Assembly (NCBI GenBank): GCA_004298435.1 | Contig: SCSF01000072.1 | Location: 3,271 to 67,270, forward strand | Origin: Beijerinckiaceae bacterium | GTDB taxonomy: Bacteria > Pseudomonadota > Alphaproteobacteria > Rhizobiales > Beijerinckiaceae | Length of the DNA: 64,000 nucleotides | Direction: 5' to 3' | Shown: one piece after another, positions 59,244-64,000 of the stretch | Numbering within the stretch: the first letter of the stretch is position 1 | Layout of the letters: the number at the start of each line of letters is the position of its first letter | Notes under the pieces: model-generated | Database searches by the model: none | What the model saw: only the letters and a program-made list of their open reading frames with translations | Told to the model about the DNA's origin: nothing | Made by a program: the position numbers and the translations under genes

Positions 59244-59669
59244 GTGAAGCTTATTGCATTCTTCGCGCTGACCTGTGCGCTCGGTCTGGCAGCGCCCGCC
59301 TATGCGAGAACGGAACGGGTCCCGAAGCTCAATGTCGAAAGTTCCTGCCACGCCGCAGAGACTTATGGAATGACCGATCCCAAGAAGACCTACAAGAACT
59401 GCATGGTCGACGAAGATCAGGCCAGGAAGACATTGCAGTCGAAATGGTCGCATTACAAAGTCAAGACGCGGCGCGCCTGTCTCGCCGCGGGGCAGAACCC
59501 CAGCCCGAGCTATGTCGAGCTCCTCACCTGCATCGAGATGACTGAGGAAGTATTGCATCCGCCAACCGGGGAGCTGGGCGGTGGAGGCGCGGGCACGTCA
59601 GGCGCTGTGGGCGGCTCGCCGCCGCCGCGGCCGGCCCTCGCACCGGGGCCGCGCGCCATGCCGAAGTAA
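59244..59669 (+). CDS. Small exported protein with four Cys and a Gly/Pro tail
   Basis: Signal peptide (APAYA); LNVESSC...C..DE...W...C...SYVELLTC. Confidence 0.7.
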   Translation: MKLIAFFALTCALGLAAPAYARTERVPKLNVESSCHAAETYGMTDPKKTYKNCMVDEDQARKTLQSKWSHYKVKTRRACLAAGQNPSPSYVELLTCIEMTEEVLHPPTGELGGGGAGTSGAVGGSPPPRPALAPGPRAMPK

Positions 59670-60037
59670 CCCGATTCCACCGGCCGAATCAGTTCTTTTG
59701 GCAGGACTCAGGCGATTTTTCTGGAATTTGGCATCCCAGAGCTAGATGTACCGCAAGTTAGTCACAGGCGCTCTTGTATAGTTTGCGGTAAGGGTCGCGA
59801 CTCCCAAGAAACAGGCTTATCCCGCGAAAGCACAGGCATTTGCGTGATCTTCGCAAGCCTTTCCGCAGTCCGAATCTCAACATTTTCTCCAGAAATGACT
59901 GCCCGCTTTTTGTAGCGAATTTGTCACAGCGCGGCCAGAAAATTGCCCGGATCGGCTCGGGCTATCGACCGGAAAGGGAAAATCTCGGATTATTCAACGT
60001 GGCCTTCCAAGATAAAACCACCACAAGGGGGACGTTG

Positions 60038-61558
60038 ATGCCAAAATTGAAATCCAGATTACGCAGCGGCGGCCGCCAGGCCCGGCGCGCCATGCTTGTG
60101 GCAGCGGCCGCAAGCATGGCTGCGGCGAGCTTTGTAGCGGTCAGTTCCGCGCGTGCCGATACGACCGACATATTGCTTGAGCAATTGAGGGCCAAGGGTA
60201 TTCTGTCGCCGCATGAGTTCCACAAGCTCAAGCTCCGCCACGAGCATGAGAAGGCGGCCATGTACCGCCGCGCCGGGCCTCCCGGCGGCGTGATCGTCAA
60301 GGGTCCGGCCCCGGAATACGTCACCGTCTGCCCGAAGCACATCTGCATGCGCGTCGGCCAGGTCGATGTGTCGCTCTCGGGCGACCTCGTCTTCGGCGGC
60401 GTCGAAACCTTCGGTGCGCATGGCACGAACAACACCATTCTCGGTGGTCTCGCCGGCGCTGGCGCGAACGGTTCGAACCAGAGCTATAACTCCATCCAGG
60501 CCGGCCTGCTGCCGAGCGCGATCGTGCTCAGCCTGTCGACCCACCAGATGGGTTATGACCTCGGCTTCACCATCGGCGCCTACACCGGCGGCAGCAACAT
60601 TGCCCCGAACGGAGCTAACGCCAATGGCGGCGGTTCGCCGATCGCTCTCGGCACGCCCGGCATCGATCTTCGTCAGATCTTCGGCACGGTCGGCACGCCG
60701 ACCTTCGGTACCGTCAAGATCGGCCGCGATCTCGGCCTCTTCGGTTCCGACGCGATCCTGAACGACGCCACCCTGCTCGGCATGGGTTCGCCGCTGACGA
60801 CCGGCACGCCTGGCAACACAACGCTCGGCCGCATCGGCGTCGGCTATGTCTATGCTGACTGGATTCCGCAGGTCACCTATACGACCCCGGACATGAACGG
60901 CTTCACCGCGTCGATCGGCGCCTTCACGCCTCTGCATGCGGCCGCCTTTGGCGCCGGTGCGCTGGACGGTGTCTACACCGGCCAGGACGTGCCGATGGTG
61001 CAGGGCCAGTTGAAGTGGAAGGGCGCTGTTGGCCCGGGCGCGAAGCTGACCTTGTCGGCTGACGGCGTGTGGCAGCATCACGCCTTTGACCTTGCGACCG
61101 GCAGCGCTGGTGCAATTGGCGGCGCCAATGATGTGGATAGCTGGGGCATCGACGGCTTCGGCAAGGTCGACATCGCCGGCTTCAGCCTGGTTGGCTACGG
61201 CTACTACGGCAAGGGCCTCGGCACGACGGGTCTCTTCTATGACTCCTTCGACACGTTCGGCAATGCTCGCCAGAGCTATGGCGGCTATGTGCAGGGCAGC
61301 TACACCTTCAACAAGTTCACTCTCGGCGCGAGCTGGGGCGTGAGCGGCCTGAAGGCGACGTCCGGCGACTATGCCCTCAGCCCTGTCCTCGCATCCGAAC
61401 TGGTCAAGTGGAACGAGAGCGTTGTCGGCTTCGCGCGCTACCAGCTCACGACCTGGATGGCTCTGCAAGGCGAATACGTCCACACCTGGTCGACGAACCA
61501 GATGGGGCAGGTTACCTACAACGACGCCCTCTGGCTCGGCACGGCCTGGTTCTTCTGA
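60038..61558 (+). CDS. Outer-membrane porin
   Basis: Signal peptide, G/aromatic-rich amphipathic strands, C-terminal AWFF, strong codon bias. Confidence 0.82.
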   Translation: MPKLKSRLRSGGRQARRAMLVAAAASMAAASFVAVSSARADTTDILLEQLRAKGILSPHEFHKLKLRHEHEKAAMYRRAGPPGGVIVKGPAPEYVTVCPKHICMRVGQVDVSLSGDLVFGGVETFGAHGTNNTILGGLAGAGANGSNQSYNSIQAGLLPSAIVLSLSTHQMGYDLGFTIGAYTGGSNIAPNGANANGGGSPIALGTPGIDLRQIFGTVGTPTFGTVKIGRDLGLFGSDAILNDATLLGMGSPLTTGTPGNTTLGRIGVGYVYADWIPQVTYTTPDMNGFTASIGAFTPLHAAAFGAGALDGVYTGQDVPMVQGQLKWKGAVGPGAKLTLSADGVWQHHAFDLATGSAGAIGGANDVDSWGIDGFGKVDIAGFSLVGYGYYGKGLGTTGLFYDSFDTFGNARQSYGGYVQGSYTFNKFTLGASWGVSGLKATSGDYALSPVLASELVKWNESVVGFARYQLTTWMALQGEYVHTWSTNQMGQVTYNDALWLGTAWFF

Positions 61559-61586
61559 TCCAGCCGCCTTCGAGGCAAACAAATCG

Positions 61587-61618
61587 AGCGCCGGACGGTC
61601 CCCGTCCGGCGCTTTTTT
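61587..61618 (+). terminator. Intrinsic terminator of the porin gene
   Basis: AGCGCCGGACGG-TCC-CCGTCCGGCGCT followed by TTTTT. Confidence 0.88.
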
Positions 61619-61653
61619 ATTGGCGCTACCCTTCTTCCCCTCGCCCGCGCAGA

Positions 61654-61821
61654 TCCCCTCTCCCCGCCAGCGGGGAGAGGGTTAGGGTGAGGGGCCTGGT
61701 GAGTAGTTGCTCTTTCGGATCGGGAATTCAAACCGCCGGACAACAATGATGATTCGGGCAAATCTCCTCGCCCCTCACCTTACCTCTCCCCGTTCACGGG
61801 GAGAGGAGCGGCTGGCATCCG
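61654..61821 (+). repeat. REP-doublet-like element, copy C
   Basis: Same architecture; its 3' ~90 nt are nearly identical to copy D. Confidence 0.9.
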
Positions 61822-61837
61822 AACTAAACGGCGCAGA

Positions 61838-62004
61838 TCCCCTCGCCCGCTTGCGGGAGAGGGTGGCAGGCGGAGCCTGACGGGTGAGGGTTTTTGCAAG
61901 TGGCACCAGCCCTCATCCGACCGGCCAAAGCCCGTTGCTTGCGACGGGCGGCGCTTCGCAACGCCCTATGGCCGAGCCACCTTCTCCCGTGAACGGGAGA
62001 AGGG
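61838..62004. repeat. Related second REP-doublet subtype
   Basis: CCCTCGCCCGCTTGCGGGAGAGGGTGGC...GGGTGAGGG / CCCTCATCC...GCCACCTTCTCCCGTGAACGGGAGAAGGG. Confidence 0.75.
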
Positions 62005-62012
62005 AACGCCTC

Positions 62013-63323
62013 CTACTCCTCCGCCCGCCTTTGCAGGCGCGTCAGAAGGTCCGCGCCGCCGATGCCGTCGGCCGGCTGGTCGCCATCGGCCAGTTGGAAG
62101 GCATGGATCGCATCGCGCGAGGTCGGCCCGAATCGCCCGTCGATGACGCCCTTGTAATAGCCGAGGCGGTGCAGCAACCGCTGAATCTCCGCCTTTTCGC
62201 TCCGCCGCCACAGCTTCACGCTCTTCGGCCATGCGGCGCGCAGGCCATGTCCTCCGGCGATTCGATCGGCGAGGCAGGCGAAGGACAGCGCATAGGCGTC
62301 CGAATTATTATAAGTCTTGATGACCCAGTAATTCGCGCCGAGGAGAAACGCCGGGCCGCCCGCCCCTTCCGGCAGAAACAAGGTGGCCTCTCCGTGTCTC
62401 GGCAAGGAGCCGCCGTCCGCGCGTCTGATGCCCAGCGCCGCCCATCGGCTGAAATCGGCATGCAGCGTCGGATAGAAGAACCGCGCCGGCAGACGCACCT
62501 CCATGCCCCAGGCCGCACCGCGCTGCCAGCCGGAGGCCTTCATGTATGCAGCGATCGAAGCCAGTATGTCCGGCGGGCTACTCCAGATGTCGGGCGCACG
62601 CCCGCCCGCAAAACTCACCGCATGCGCCAGATAGGTCGAGGGCAGAAACTGCGGGCCGCCCATGGCCCCTGCCCAGGAGCCTTTCAGCTTGCCGCGCGCC
62701 ACCTCGCCTTTCTGCAACATCAGCAGGGCATCGATGAATTCCTTGCGAAACAGCGGCCGATCCGGCTGGAAGAACGCCAGCGAAGCGAGCGAGCGCACGA
62801 TGTCCTTGTTGCCCATCGCCTGCCCATAATCGCTTTCCATGCCCCAGGCCGCCAGAAGCATGGAAGGAGGCACGCCGTAGCGCCGAGCGATGATCGCAAG
62901 CTGGCTATGCCAGCGGCTTGCCAGAGCGCGTCCTTCCCGGACGCGGCGTTCCGACACAGCTTCGGAGAAATAGGTGGAAAACCGCCGCTCGAATTCGCTC
63001 TGGCGAGCCGTCGAGCGCGCGACGGCGGGATCAGGCGTCAGAGCATGCGTTACGGCCTCGAAATGCGCCCGGTCGATCCCGCGCGCCGCGGCGGCCGGAT
63101 AGAGGCTCTGAAGAAAAGACTGGAAACGCTGGAGTTCGGCTGGCGACTGAGTTGGCGCGGTCGCCGCGTGGACAGGCGCAGCGCCAAGCGCCTGAGCCAG
63201 TACCACGAGAGATACAAGGCAGGCGCGGAGGGCCAGTTGCCAGCGCCAACGGGGACGCTCGCGCCGCCTGCCGTGGCGGATCGCTGCATATGACGAATCG
63301 GGAGGGTCGATTAGGATCAGCAT
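62013..63323 (-). CDS. MltB-like lytic murein transglycosylase with PG-binding domain (start uncertain)
   Basis: AWGMESDYG, GSWAGAMGGPQFLPS, YNNSDAYA; C-terminal IQRLLHRLGY...DG.FG..SR.AI..FQ. Confidence 0.92.
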   Translation of the reverse strand: MLILIDPPDSSYAAIRHGRRRERPRWRWQLALRACLVSLVVLAQALGAAPVHAATAPTQSPAELQRFQSFLQSLYPAAAARGIDRAHFEAVTHALTPDPAVARSTARQSEFERRFSTYFSEAVSERRVREGRALASRWHSQLAIIARRYGVPPSMLLAAWGMESDYGQAMGNKDIVRSLASLAFFQPDRPLFRKEFIDALLMLQKGEVARGKLKGSWAGAMGGPQFLPSTYLAHAVSFAGGRAPDIWSSPPDILASIAAYMKASGWQRGAAWGMEVRLPARFFYPTLHADFSRWAALGIRRADGGSLPRHGEATLFLPEGAGGPAFLLGANYWVIKTYNNSDAYALSFACLADRIAGGHGLRAAWPKSVKLWRRSEKAEIQRLLHRLGYYKGVIDGRFGPTSRDAIHAFQLADGDQPADGIGGADLLTRLQRRAEE

Positions 63324-63370
63324 CTTCGCGCAGGCTGAATGGCGTTTGCGGCGACTAAGCGGCGGCGGGT

Positions 63371-63538
63371 GCTCCCCTCTCCCCGTTTACGGGGAGAGGG
63401 TCAGGGTGAGGGGCCTGGCGAGTAGCCGCACTGCAAATCGAGTTTCAAACCGCCGGACAACAATGATGATTCGGGCAAATCTCCTCGCCCCTCACCTTAC
63501 CTCTCCCCGTTCACGGGGAGAGGAGCGGCAGGCATCCG
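63371..63538 (+). repeat. REP-doublet-like element, copy D
   Basis: Same architecture as copies A and C. Confidence 0.9.
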
Positions 63539-63777
63539 TCCCGAACGACTCGCTCCGCTCCTTCTCCCGCAAGGGCGAGGGAGAATCCGCGGCTTGTTCA
63601 TGCTATCATGTTGTCGATACGAAACCGGATTCCCATTTCTGCCCTCAATCGACCATGAAAGGGACCTCACAATAAGCTTTCGCTTGCCTGGCGCTCGCGC
63701 CCAACGAGAGCAATCGCGTGTCATCAAAGTGCCACGCGGTTCAGCGATGACCAATCCGGTCACATGGGGGTCATAAA

Positions 63778-64000
63778 ATGGCGATGAAAGATCACGACAC
63801 TATCGCTGTCCGGGCGCTTTTCCTGTCGGATGTCCATCTCGGAACGCGCGGATCCCAGGCATCGCTGCTGCTCGATTTTCTCAAGCTTTGCGATGTGGAT
63901 ACGATCTATCTCGTCGGCGACATTGTTGACGGATGGCGGCTGAAATCCGGCTGGTACTGGCCGCAATCGCATAATGATGTCGTGCAAGCGCTGCTGCAAC
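63778..64000 (+). CDS. UDP-2,3-diacylglucosamine diphosphatase-family metallophosphoesterase (partial)
   Basis: ALFLSDVHLG, YLVGDIVDGW, YWPQSHNDV; runs off the window end. Confidence 0.88.
   Translation, partial: MAMKDHDTIAVRALFLSDVHLGTRGSQASLLLDFLKLCDVDTIYLVGDIVDGWRLKSGWYWPQSHNDVVQALLQ

Noticed and set aside
57842-63590. CRISPR array
   Set aside because: Repeats are long, dispersed hairpin doublets with conserved interiors, without unique spacers or cas genes

Overview
Alphaproteobacterial (Rhizobiales-like) chromosome segment in two parts. (1) About 1-27.8 kb is the distal part of an integrative conjugative element of the Tn4371/ICEMlSym-like type. It carries the repA 3' end, parA, RHH, DUF2840, traF, DUF736, SLT, a VirD2-like relaxase, traG, RHH, trbBCDEJKLFGI and DUF2274. 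Cargo follows: LysR; a heavy-metal/thiol-redox cluster with a non-canonical P1B ATPase and two ZntR-type 20-bp-spacer promoters; an arsH fragment; and a nuclease-TPR pseudogene split by an IS3. The element appears to end at tRNA-Arg(CCG), where the host gene survives only as a promoter plus 42-nt 5' half. A complete, differently coded tRNA-Arg(CCG) with its own promoter lies 261 bp inside the element. This apparent 'disrupt-and-replace' junction is the most striking feature. No integrase lies in the window. (2) About 27.8-64 kb is host DNA: hss, fabI/fabB/fabA, irr, purK/purE, a TPR-OGT-methyltransferase fusion, a fused IOR-family oxidoreductase, a CoA-transferase catabolic cluster, an uncharacterised PLP-enzyme + ATP-grasp pair, two MltB-like genes and a porin. 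Four copies of a ~165-bp REP-doublet-like element cluster in the last 6.5 kb. All family assignments come from motif recognition by eye; no database search was run.
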